Source: an uncultured Planctomycetaceae bacterium
GTDB lineage: Bacteria; Planctomycetota; Planctomycetia; Isosphaerales; Isosphaeraceae
NCBI GenBank assembly: GCA_963833985.1
Contig: CAWIAD010000002.1
Coordinates: 5,888,001-5,952,000 of the forward strand
Reading direction: 5' to 3'
Length of the DNA: 64,000 bases
The notes under the pieces: model-generated
What the model saw: the letters and a program-made list of their open reading frames with translations, nothing else
Told to the model about the DNA's origin: nothing
Databases searched by the model: none
In this document: one piece after another, positions 1-9,700 of the stretch
Layout of the letters: each line of letters begins with the position of its first letter
How positions within the stretch are numbered: the stretch's first letter is position 1
Program-made: the position numbers and the translations under genes

Positions 1-371
1 TGGCCAAGGATTTCTTCATCCCGGAGATAGCCCATGATATTCAGGAGCGCGGCGGACTGTCCCACGCGCTCGAGGAGCTGTGGTCGGGGAATGCCGATCA
101 GGCTGTCGCCATCCGGACCGGTCAGGACGTAATCATCCTCCAGCCCGAAGACCCGCACGACGTCCCGCACGTATCGAAGGTTGCCCGAAACATCGAATGC
201 ACAATTCGCTCCGCTCTCGTCGCCGCACCGGGCAGGTTCAAGAGAATCGATGAAGAGCGTCCTCCAGCCGAGTCGCCGGAAACCGAGCAGATACTGGAGC
301 AGCGCCCAGGTGTGGCCCGCGATTCCGGGCTTCTGCGCCAGTGCACCGGCAATCACGAGGGAGTGGGGCAT
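1..371 (-). CDS. Putative glycosyltransferase-like protein, partial (runs off the window); paralog of 16572..17750
   Basis: Manual translation from ATG at 371 gives MPHSLVIAGALAQKPGIAGHTWALLQYLLGFRRLGWRTLFIDS, which resembles KIVLLGMMARMPVAGVIWQTVHYLLGFQRLGYEVYYVEA of 16572..17750. The start overlaps the upstream stop (TAATG). Not in the ORF track. Confidence 0.75.
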   Translation of the reverse strand, partial: MPHSLVIAGALAQKPGIAGHTWALLQYLLGFRRLGWRTLFIDSLEPARCGDESGANCAFDVSGNLRYVRDVVRVFGLEDDYVLTGPDGDSLIGIPRPQLLERVGQSAALLNIMGYLRDEEILG

Positions 372-1240
372 TATTCGTCCGACGCCGATGTGAAATCCTC
401 GATCCCTGGGGCGGGTTGTGTCACCCTGGTGTGATCACCCGCACGAAGGAGCCACGATTCGGGGACTGCGCCGCTGGTCTCGGCCGATTCTTCTGGACGC
501 ATCTCTTCAGGAGGTTCGCGAGGAGCCACTTTCCTCAGGATGGCGATCACCTCCGAGCCGTTCCGACCAAAACTTTCGATGTGGAACGGTGAGCCCAGGT
601 AGAGATTGACGTCTTCAAGAAACGACCGCCAATGACTTTCATCCCAGACATGAAAATGAATGCTGTAATTTATGGACATCAAGTGCTGGACACGGTGCTC
701 AATTGCTTCGGGCTCGGACACCTTGTCCGTCAGGGTCACCCATTCGTAGAAGTGCTCCAGGCGGGATGCCATCGGGCCCTCGCGGTCGTCCCGGACGAGG
801 TGTTCGAAGGCGGTGATCGGCCGATCACGATCGAAGCAATCCCACTTGTCCGGCACGGCGTAGAAGAGCACGCCGCCGTCCCGAAGCTTGCGGAGGTGGT
901 TGCGAATGGTCCCGATCGGGTTCTCGGTGTGCTCGAGCAGATGATTGGCGATGATGAAATCCAGCTCGCCATCCTCGATCGAGGCGAGGACCTCGGCGTC
1001 GTCGATCAAGTCGATGGGGACGATTTCGACACCGTCGAGTTCGGGATAATGCCGGCGCAATCCCGCGACATCCATGCGATCGACGTATCGCACCGTGGCC
1101 CTCTCGCTGGTCGAGAGAGGCTCGTGGAGTGCACCAAGTTCAACGCCGGATCCCGCGAGGTATCGTTCGCTCAGTTCGCGCCTCGTGGTCCGCATCTGCT
1201 CCGGTAGCATTTCGCCTCCAATCGCTGTGAGAGCGGACAC
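371..1240 (-). CDS. Class I SAM-dependent methyltransferase (glycan-cluster type)
   Basis: Motifs GSGVELGALHEP, LDFIIANHLLEHTENP and LRDGGVLFYAVP. The true start is uncertain. Confidence 0.8.
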   Translation of the reverse strand: MSALTAIGGEMLPEQMRTTRRELSERYLAGSGVELGALHEPLSTSERATVRYVDRMDVAGLRRHYPELDGVEIVPIDLIDDAEVLASIEDGELDFIIANHLLEHTENPIGTIRNHLRKLRDGGVLFYAVPDKWDCFDRDRPITAFEHLVRDDREGPMASRLEHFYEWVTLTDKVSEPEAIEHRVQHLMSINYSIHFHVWDESHWRSFLEDVNLYLGSPFHIESFGRNGSEVIAILRKVAPREPPEEMRPEESAETSGAVPESWLLRAGDHTRVTQPAPGIEDFTSASDE

Positions 1241-1362
1241 CGCCAGCGAGAGCTCCCGGTTCGCGGGAGGCGACTCGGTCGATCGCCGAGAACCGTCGCT
1301 CCCGGCGGGCGGAACAAGATGCCGTTGATCAACGACCTCGGAACGCGTGCTTATGATTCATT

Positions 1363-2600
1363 CTAGCCGAGATCCTCGAGTTCGAACAAACGCCGGGTAC
1401 CGCTCAGGTCGACGTTGGTACCGGCAATCCGGATCGCGACGAGGTGCTTGCGCCCATCCCTCAATTCCGTGGGGATCGGATAGACGAAGCCGTGTCGCCC
1501 GTCTCCCTTGCCGGCCCGCAGCAGGTCCGGGCGGAGGCGATCGGCTGCCACGGTCGCGAGCGGGCGGTCCCCGTCGAAAATAGTGACCTCGAGGGGAATG
1601 TTGGGCCGGCCGGCATCCCAGGCCCAGCCCATGATCGTCCGGCCATCATCGGGATCGTGGACACCCTCGTAGACCGGCGACGCCGCCGGGCGCAGGCCGG
1701 CTCGATAATACGGGACAGCCACGGAATGAGCTCGTGCAGCAACTTGTAGGATTGGAGGCCGACGGATGTGCGTCGGCCGACGATCCCCAGGCAGCCCCCG
1801 ACGAAAGCGGCCGTGTAATCCGGGTCCTGTTCCCGGAGGATCGAGGCAATGACGCCTGCTGGTCCCTTCCGCTCGACAATCTTCCCGTCCCGGATGTAAC
1901 CCGGCAGGAACTCGTGCGAGAAGATCACCCCTCTGGGATCGAGAAAGGGCAGGCAGGGTTTGAGTAAGTCCTTGCTGGACGACACGAGGTCGACGTCCAT
2001 CCACAACAGCGCCAGTTGGCGGTCCCAACCCCTGAGGGTGTTCGCGTACCAACCTTCGACGAACTCAACGCGGTCCATCTCGCCAAAGGTGCGAAGATTC
2101 TGCTCGACTTCCGGCCGCGAGCCGGCGAAGTCACCGACCTGATAGGACTTCCCCTTGCCCACGTCGTCATCGTCGGGCGGCAGCCCGGCGAAGGAGTCCG
2201 CAATCACGAAGGAGTAGCCCAGTCGTCGGCACGCACGCGACAAGCAGCAGCTCGAGTACCCCTTGAAGCAGCCGCACTCCAGAACGTGACCCTTCACACC
2301 GTGGCTCTGAAGGATGAACAGTTGATTGGCAATCGCCAGCATTTCCTCTGGGGTCGTGGCGACGCAGAGGCTGTCCTTTACGCCCCCCCGCGACGATCTC
2401 ACCCGCGGGAACAGCGAGCGAATCACCCCGAACGCCGCGTATTCGATGGCGAGGAAGGCGAGCCATTCGCGCACGCACTGATGATCCAACCCCTCCGGGG
2501 ACATCAACCAGGCCGCCGTCGCGGCGATGTCCCGCCCCTCCCACCCCGATGATCGTCCGCGGATCACGGCGGCAACAGGTCGAGGAACAAGATCAAGCAT
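1363..2600 (-). CDS. TylF/MycF-like sugar O-methyltransferase with C-terminal Ig-like domain; frameshifted near 1685-1710
   Basis: ORF 1461..2600 has GHVLECGCFKGYS, DSFAGLP, FVEGWYANTL and LLWMDVDL. The C-terminal domain GWAWDAGRP...RPDLLRAGKGDGRHGF continues in the frame of ORF 1363..2052. Confidence 0.75.
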
Positions 2601-2792
2601 TCGATCACCTCGTGATGTGAAAACCTTGCCAACATCGACAACCTGGGAGGAGGTCTACGAGTCCAGATTCCTCTTCAGAGCATCGTTCATCGAGATCATC
2701 CCTGGCGATCCGGCGACGACTGTTGCACCACCAACACCGCGGTCTCTGTGCTCTGGAAGGGCGACGCGACCGCGACTGCTCCGTGGCTTGAC

Positions 2793-5700
2793 TCATTCTC
2801 GCCAGGCGTGATCGCCAGGCGTGGTGGAAAGCTGGAAGATCTGGCAACTCGGGTCGCTACAGATGCAAGGGTAGTGCAATTCCAGATACTTTCGGAAATC
2901 TCCGTAGAAGCCCAGCCACCAGAACGCTGTACTGGGGAACAGCAGGTAATCCGCTCCCTTGCGCCGTACGTCCTCGAGGTGGGCAATCGCCTGCCAGCTA
3001 TCGGCCGGATGATAGCCTGCGTAGACACCGGCTATGGTCTGGGGGAAATGCCACCCTTGCCGAGGACCCAGCTCCAGCAACATGTCGTCGCCTCGACTGA
3101 CCACGACGACAACCGAGCCCGTCGGCAGCTCCGCGTCGACGACTTCACGGATCCGGCGGCGGACCTGAGGGTAACTGGTCCGTTTGGGACGATACCCGTT
3201 GACCCGTTCGGGGGCGGTGACGGCGTGCAGCGACGCAGTTGAAAGCGGCCCCGCACGATCGCGGTTCGCGGGCGGGGCGTCCCGCTCAGGGGATGGTCGC
3301 GCGGTCTGTTGTTCAAGCCGGGCGGAGAGGTCATTGAATCGCTCACTTTGTCGCCCTTCCCCATCCTGGATTTGCCTTCCGAGCTGGAAGGTCCTTATCA
3401 CCGATTCAATGTGAGCCTCCGGCGAGATGGCCGGGGGAGAATCAGCGGCCTGTTCCGGAGCGACCTGGCCCTTCGGCCCCAGGGTCGGGGCCACTTCCAT
3501 CTGCGGCACGTTGCGCACGGTGGGAAGTCCGCCTTCGATCAGGCCGAGCCGTTTCGCGATGGTCGGGGCATTGAAGTTCAGCGAGTAGTCTTCGGCATCG
3601 CGGGTCAGGTTGGGGTTGTAGAAGGGGTCGTGGCGGATCACAGCGGCCCAGCGGCGGCGCATGTAGTCCTCCTCGCCGGGATTGGAGTGCATGGTCCGCG
3701 TGGCCGACTCGTGGTGGAAGAGGACGGCGTGCGGCGTGTAGACGACCCAGTAGCCGCGCTCGCGGATCCGCAGGCACATGTCCACGTCGTTGAAGGCGAC
3801 GGCGAGGTTGCGCGTGTCGAGCCCGCCGACCTCGTCGAAGACCGACCGCCTCATCATGGCGCAGGCGAAGGTGACGGCGCTACAGTTGCGGATGCAGCGA
3901 GCGAGAGCGAAGTACCCGGGATCGTCCTCGGAAAGATGCCTGAAGGCGTGCCCGCAGCTCTTGTCAGGCCCCATGATGACGCCGGCGTGCTGGATGCTCC
4001 GGTCGGGGTAGAGGAGCTGGGCGCCGACGACGCCGACCTCGGGCCGCTGGGCATGCTCGAGCATCGCCTCGACCCAATCGGGGGTGATCACGGTGATGTC
4101 GTCGTTGAGCAGGACAACGTACGGGGTGTCGACCTGGGACACGGCGGAGTTGTTGACAGCCGCGTAGTTGAACGGCTTGAGCCGGAAGCGCCGGTACCGC
4201 AACCGCGGGTCCCGCCTGGCCAGGGCGCGGCAATGGTCGGCGACCTCCGTGCCGTCGGAGTCGTCGGTGACCAGGACGCGAAGGTTCGGGTAGGTCGATC
4301 GCTCCAGGACGCTCCCCAGGCACGGCCGGAGGAACTCCATGTTGCCGCCGGTCGGGATCACCAGGGTGACGGCCGGCTGGCCGCGCAGGTCATAGCGAAC
4401 GCGCCAGCGGCCCGGGACGCAGCCGGGTTCGACGTGCCCCGCCACCCCGCGCCTCCGCAGCGCGTCGTCGATGGCGCGGTGCGCGGCGTCCGTGGCATAC
4501 GGCTTCGCCGTGCTGTCACGAGCGGTCGAGCCCGGGATCGCGCGCGAGGAGTAGAGGATGCTGGGGATATGGACGATCCGGTCGGTCTGCTCGGTGATAC
4601 GCAGGACCAGGTCCCAGTCCTGGCTCCCGTCATACTCGGGGCGAAAGCGACCAACGGCCTCGACCAGCGATCGCCGGTAGACGCCGAAGTGGCAGATATA
4701 GTTGCAGGAAAACAGCAGGTCAGGGGACCAATCGGGCTTGAAGAATGGGGCCCATCGATCCCTGCCCGTGTCGTCCACGAAGTCCTCGTCCGAGTAGATG
4801 AGGTCGATCTCCGGAGCGTCGTTGAGGGCACGGGCCACCTCGAAGAGGGCGTGCGGCATCAGGAGATCATCGGAGTCCAGCAGCCCGATGAACTCCCCCG
4901 TGGCGAGGGCCAACGCGGCGTTGCTGTGGCCGGCGATCCCCAGGTTCTGGGCCAGATGAACAACCTTGACGCGCGCGTCTTGCTCGGCCAGCCGGTCGAG
5001 GAAAGGCCGCACGTGGGGGGCCGTGGAACCGCCATTGGCCAGGCAGAGTTCCCACCGGCCGTAGGTCTGGGCCATGACCGAGTTCGCCATCGGGCCCAGA
5101 TAGTCCTCCGGCGTGTTGTAGACGGGGACCACCAGACTGATGACGGGCTGGTAAGGGAGGTCCATTGCAGCGATCCGCATCCTGGCCAGGTCGGATTCGG
5201 TCGGCATCCGCTCGGCCAGCCAGTCCGGGTATTCCGCATTGAGATCCGCTCGATTGGGTCCGGCAAGGGGGTCGAGCCGGAATGAGCGGTTTAGCTCGAG
5301 CTGACCGCCGTCGCGGCCCCGGACGCGGACGACCAGCGAGTGCTCGCCCTCCGCCAGGCCCTCGAGGTCGATCTTGCCGACGAAGCCGGAGCGATCGGCA
5401 TCCGGGAAGTCGGGATGTGACGCCTCGACGTCGAGACGCGTGGCGCCGTAGACGACCCCCTCGCGCGGGAGGCCGTCGACGACGAGCGTGACCTCCGCGA
5501 CGCCAGCCTTCGAGAGGGCCCAGCCCCTGACCCGCAGGTGGCCGGGGCCGACGGTCACCAGGTGTGGCCCGGGCGTGTCGCAAACCGCCAGGATGGAGTC
5601 GGGCTCCGGGTATTCCGCATTGAGATCCGCTCGATTGGGTCCGGCAAGGGGGTCGAGCCGGAAAGAGCGGTTCAGCTCGAGCTGGCCGCCGTCGCGGCCC

Positions 5701-6743
5701 CGGACGCGGACGACCAGCGAATGCTCGCCCTCCGCCAGGCCTTCGAGGTCGACCTTGCCGACGAAGCCGGAGCGATCGGCATCCGGAAAGTCGGGATGTG
5801 ACGCCTCGACGTCGAGGCGCGTGGCGCCGTAGACGACCCCCTCGCGCGGGAGGCCGTCGACGAGGAGCGTGACCTCCGCGACGCCAGCCTTCGAGAGGGC
5901 CCAGCCCCTGACCCGCAGGTGGCCGGGACCGACGGTCACCAGGTGTGGCCCGGGCGTGTCGCAAACCGCCACGATGGAGCCGGGCTCCGGGCCGGGTGGT
6001 TCCGGCACCGCCTCTGTCGGCAGCAAGGCGCCCGGCTCCTGGGGCGACGAGGCAGGCTGCTCGTCGGCCCCGGCCGGCGCCCGATCCAGATCGCGCAGCA
6101 GGTTGGAGATGGGCCGCATCCTCTGGGCCATCGCCTGGATCAATCGCCGATGCCGGTCCAGGCCATGCCGCTCGGCGAGCGAGGCGCGCTCCTCCAGCCG
6201 GGCCAGGGCCGCCTCCCAGGCAGCGCGGTCGGCCTCCAGCGCCCGGTGCAGCTCGGCGCGTAACTCGGCGGCGAGCTGCTCGTGGGCCGCGGCCATCTGA
6301 TCCTGAAGCTCGGCGAGCGGCCCGCGCTGGGGGTTGTGCTCGGCGATCGCCGCAGGTTGCGGGCGATCCGCCGGGGAAGAGCACTTGTCCTGCCCGTCCA
6401 GGGCGGCCCGGAACTCGGCCCGCGCGGCGGTCCGGGCCTCGAGCGGGACCTGGTCGTGGCCACTCGACCGGCGGTCGTCCCGGCTTGGGGGCTGGTCCCA
6501 TCCGGCTGGGGTCAATAGCCTGGGTTCGGCGGCCGGCGGGTCGGACGGCTCGCGTAGACCCGCTCGGGGCGGGCGCGTGCCCTCGCGCCGGGGGTGGCCC
6601 ATAACCATCGACTGGCCACCGACCTCCGGTCGCGGTTCGATCGATGAACGGGGCGCGAGCGGGCCGGTGAGGATACCGTTGTCGTGCCCGGGCGTAACCA
6701 GGACGACAGAGTTTTCCGGGGGGTTGCGAGCTTCATCGGTCAT
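2793..6743 (-). CDS. Multidomain glycosyltransferase: helical N-region, two Ig-like repeats, tandem GT2-GT2, C-terminal unnamed domain
   Basis: GT2 motifs ISLVVPVYNT, FIGLLDSDD, VVLLNDDI, SAVTFACAM and AFNDVDMCLR. The likely start is MTDEARN at 6743, coupled to the upstream stop. Confidence 0.9.
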   Translation of the reverse strand: MTDEARNPPENSVVLVTPGHDNGILTGPLAPRSSIEPRPEVGGQSMVMGHPRREGTRPPRAGLREPSDPPAAEPRLLTPAGWDQPPSRDDRRSSGHDQVPLEARTAARAEFRAALDGQDKCSSPADRPQPAAIAEHNPQRGPLAELQDQMAAAHEQLAAELRAELHRALEADRAAWEAALARLEERASLAERHGLDRHRRLIQAMAQRMRPISNLLRDLDRAPAGADEQPASSPQEPGALLPTEAVPEPPGPEPGSIVAVCDTPGPHLVTVGPGHLRVRGWALSKAGVAEVTLLVDGLPREGVVYGATRLDVEASHPDFPDADRSGFVGKVDLEGLAEGEHSLVVRVRGRDGGQLELNRSFRLDPLAGPNRADLNAEYPEPDSILAVCDTPGPHLVTVGPGHLRVRGWALSKAGVAEVTLVVDGLPREGVVYGATRLDVEASHPDFPDADRSGFVGKIDLEGLAEGEHSLVVRVRGRDGGQLELNRSFRLDPLAGPNRADLNAEYPDWLAERMPTESDLARMRIAAMDLPYQPVISLVVPVYNTPEDYLGPMANSVMAQTYGRWELCLANGGSTAPHVRPFLDRLAEQDARVKVVHLAQNLGIAGHSNAALALATGEFIGLLDSDDLLMPHALFEVARALNDAPEIDLIYSDEDFVDDTGRDRWAPFFKPDWSPDLLFSCNYICHFGVYRRSLVEAVGRFRPEYDGSQDWDLVLRITEQTDRIVHIPSILYSSRAIPGSTARDSTAKPYATDAAHRAIDDALRRRGVAGHVEPGCVPGRWRVRYDLRGQPAVTLVIPTGGNMEFLRPCLGSVLERSTYPNLRVLVTDDSDGTEVADHCRALARRDPRLRYRRFRLKPFNYAAVNNSAVSQVDTPYVVLLNDDITVITPDWVEAMLEHAQRPEVGVVGAQLLYPDRSIQHAGVIMGPDKSCGHAFRHLSEDDPGYFALARCIRNCSAVTFACAMMRRSVFDEVGGLDTRNLAVAFNDVDMCLRIRERGYWVVYTPHAVLFHHESATRTMHSNPGEEDYMRRRWAAVIRHDPFYNPNLTRDAEDYSLNFNAPTIAKRLGLIEGGLPTVRNVPQMEVAPTLGPKGQVAPEQAADSPPAISPEAHIESVIRTFQLGRQIQDGEGRQSERFNDLSARLEQQTARPSPERDAPPANRDRAGPLSTASLHAVTAPERVNGYRPKRTSYPQVRRRIREVVDAELPTGSVVVVVSRGDDMLLELGPRQGWHFPQTIAGVYAGYHPADSWQAIAHLEDVRRKGADYLLFPSTAFWWLGFYGDFRKYLELHYPCICSDPSCQIFQLSTTPGDHAWRE
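5230..5990. repeat. Near-identical 381-bp tandem duplication encoding two 127-aa Ig-like domains
   Basis: tattccgcattgagatccgctcgattgggtcc occurs at 5230 and 5611; the protein repeats GWALSKAGVAEV...YGATRLDVEASHPDFPDADRSGF. Confidence 0.95.
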
Positions 6744-9700
6744 CGCCGAGCCTCCCATTGGATCCAGGCGCCAGGCCAAGCCGTTTCGCGATGGTCGGGG
6801 CATTGAAGTTCAGCGAGTAGTCTTCGGCATCGCGGGTCAGGTTGGGGTTGTAGAAGGGGTCGTGGCGGATCACAGCGGCCCAGCGGCGGCGCATGTAGTC
6901 CTCCTCGCCGGGATTGGAGTGCATGGTGCGCGTGGCCGACTCGTGGTGGAAGAGGACGGCGTGCGGCGTGTAGACGACCCAGTAGCCGCGCTCGCGGATC
7001 CGCAGGCACATGTCCACGTCGTTGAAGGCGACGGCGAGGTTGCGCGTGTCGAGTCCGCCGACCTCGTCGAAGACCGACCGCCTCATCATGGCACAGGCAA
7101 AGGTGACGGCGCTGCAATTGCGGAGGGAACGAGCGAGAGCGAAGTACCCGGGATCGTCCTCGGAGAAATACTTGAAGGCATGTCCACAATTCTCGCACGT
7201 CCCCATGATCACGCCGGCGTGCTGGAGGCTCCGGTCGGGGTAGAGGAGCTGGGCGCCGACGACGCCGACCTCGGGCCGCTGGGCATGTTCGAGCATCGCC
7301 TCGACCCAGTCGGGCGTGATCACCGTGATGTCGTCATTGAGCAGGACGAGGTATGGGGTATCGACCTGGGCCACGGCGGAGTTGTTGACGGCGGCGTAGT
7401 TGAACGGCTTGAGCCGGAATCGCCGGTACCGCAACCGCGGGTCCCGCCTGGCCAGGGCGCGGCAATGGTCGGCGACCTCCGTGCCGTCGGAGTCATCGGT
7501 GACCAGGACACAAAGGTTCGGGTAGGTCGACCGCTCCAGCACGCTCCCCAGGCACGCTCGGAGGCATTTCATGTTGCCGCCGGCGGCGATCACCAGGGTG
7601 ACCGCCGGCTGGCCGCGGAGGTCATAGCGCACGCGCCAGCGTCCCGGGACGCAGCCGGGTTCGACGTGCCCCGCCACCCCGCGCCGCCGCAGCGCGTCGT
7701 CGATGGCGCGGCGCGCGGCGTCCGCGGCATACGGCTTGGCCATGTCGTCGCCCGCGGTCGAGCCCGGGATCACGCGCCAGGAGTAGAGGATGCTGGGGAT
7801 ATGGACGATCCGGTCGGTCTGCTCGGTGACACGCAGGACCAGGTCGTAGTCCTGGCTGCCGTCATACTCGGGACGAAAGCGGCCGATGGCCTCGACCAGC
7901 GATCGCCGGTAGACGCCGAAGTGGCAGATATAGTTCATCGAGAAGAGCAGGTCGGGGGACCAATCCGGCTTGAAGAAGGCGTCCCAGCGGTCGCTTCCTG
8001 TCTCGTCGATCTTATCTTCGTCCGAGTAGACCAGGTCGGTTTGCGGTGCGTCGTTGAGAGCGCGGGCCACCTCGAAGAGGGCGTGCGGCATCAGGAGATC
8101 GTCAGAGTCCAGAAGCCCGATGAACTCACCCGTGGCGAGGGCCAGCGCGGCGTTGCTGTGGCCGGCGATGCCCAGGTTCTGGGGCAGATGGACCACCTTG
8201 ACGCGTGGGTCCTGCTTGGCCAGGCGGTCCAGGAAAGGCCGCACGTGGGGGGCCGTGGAACCGCCATTGGCCAGGCAGAGTTCCCACCGGCCGTAGGTCT
8301 GTGCCATGACCGAGTTCGCCATCGGGCGCAGATAGTCCTCGGGCGTGTTGTGGACGGGGACAACCAGGCTGATGAGGGGCTGGTAAGGGAGGTCCATTGC
8401 AGCGATCCGCATTCTGGCCAGGTCGGACTCGGACGGCATCCGCTCGGCCAGCCAGTCCCGGTATTCCGCATTGAGAAGCCTTCGATCGAGCCTGGCAAAG
8501 GGGTCGAGTCGGAACGAGCGGTTCAGCTCCAGCTCGCCGCCGTCGCGGCCCCGGACGCGGACGACCAGCGAGTGCTCGCCCTCCGTCAGGCCCTCGAGGT
8601 CGATCTTGCCGACGAAGCCGGAGCGATCGGCATCCGGGAAGTCGGGATGCGCCGCCTCGACGTCGAGGCGCACGGCGCCGTACACGACCCCCTCGCGGGG
8701 GAGGCCATCCACGAGGACCACGACCTCCGCGACACCGACCTTCGACAGGGCCCAGCCCCTGACCCGCAGGTGGCCGGGGCCGACGGTCACCGGATACGGC
8801 CCAGGCATGTCGCAAACCGCCAGGATGGAGCCGGGCTCCGGGGCGGGTGGGGCCGCCGCCGTGATTGATCGGCAGGCGCCTGGCTCCAGGAGCGCCGGCG
8901 CCAGCGATTCATCGAGCCCAGTCGATGCTCGATCCAGATCGCGCTGCAGGTCGGCGATCGGTTGCTCCATCTGGGCCATTGCCTGGATCAATTGCCGATG
9001 CCGGTCCAGGCCTTGCCGGTCGGCGAGCGAGGCGCGGTCATCGTGTCGGGCCAGGGCAGTCTCCCAGCTCGCGCGGTTCGCCTCCAGCGCCCGGTGCAAC
9101 TCACTGCGTAACTCGACGGCGAGCTGCTCGTTGGCCCTGGCCATCCGATCCTGAAGTTCGGTGTACTGCCCTCTGTGGAAGTGGATGTCGCCGATCGGCG
9201 AGTGCTGGCGGTACTGTTCCAGGAAGAGGGGCTCTTCCTGCTCCGCCAGGAGGGTCTGGAGCATCGGCCTCGCCTCGGTGGTTTCCCGCGGCCCGAGCTC
9301 GGGTTGTCGCGACTGGTCCGTTCCGGCGAGTTCATAGATCTGGCAATCCGCGCTCTTCCAGATCTGCTGATAATGAGTGTCGAGGTGGCGTGCGAGATCC
9401 CCGTAATGTTCGAGCCACCAGAACGCCGTACTGGGGATGACGAAGAAATGGGCTCCTCGGGCCCTGAGCGTTTCGAGATGAGCGATGGCCTCGCCGCTCT
9501 CCGCGGGGTAATGGCCGGCGTAGTGGCCCCGATCGTCCTGCGGGAAATGCCAGACGTCTCGCCCTTCGACATCGAGCAAGTCAGGGTCTCCCTTGCTGAC
9601 CACGATGACCCGGGCGGCCGGCGGGAGGAGACGGCGCATGTCTGCCCGGACCCGTCGAGTCATCCCCTGGTAATCGACGGTCTCGCTCAGGCGAGAGACC

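Noticed and set aside
3309..8868. Long plus-strand ORFs (658 and 844 aa) and other long antisense ORFs such as 52750..55395
   Set aside because: They are shadows of real genes on the opposite strand in high-GC DNA and carry no recognisable motifs.
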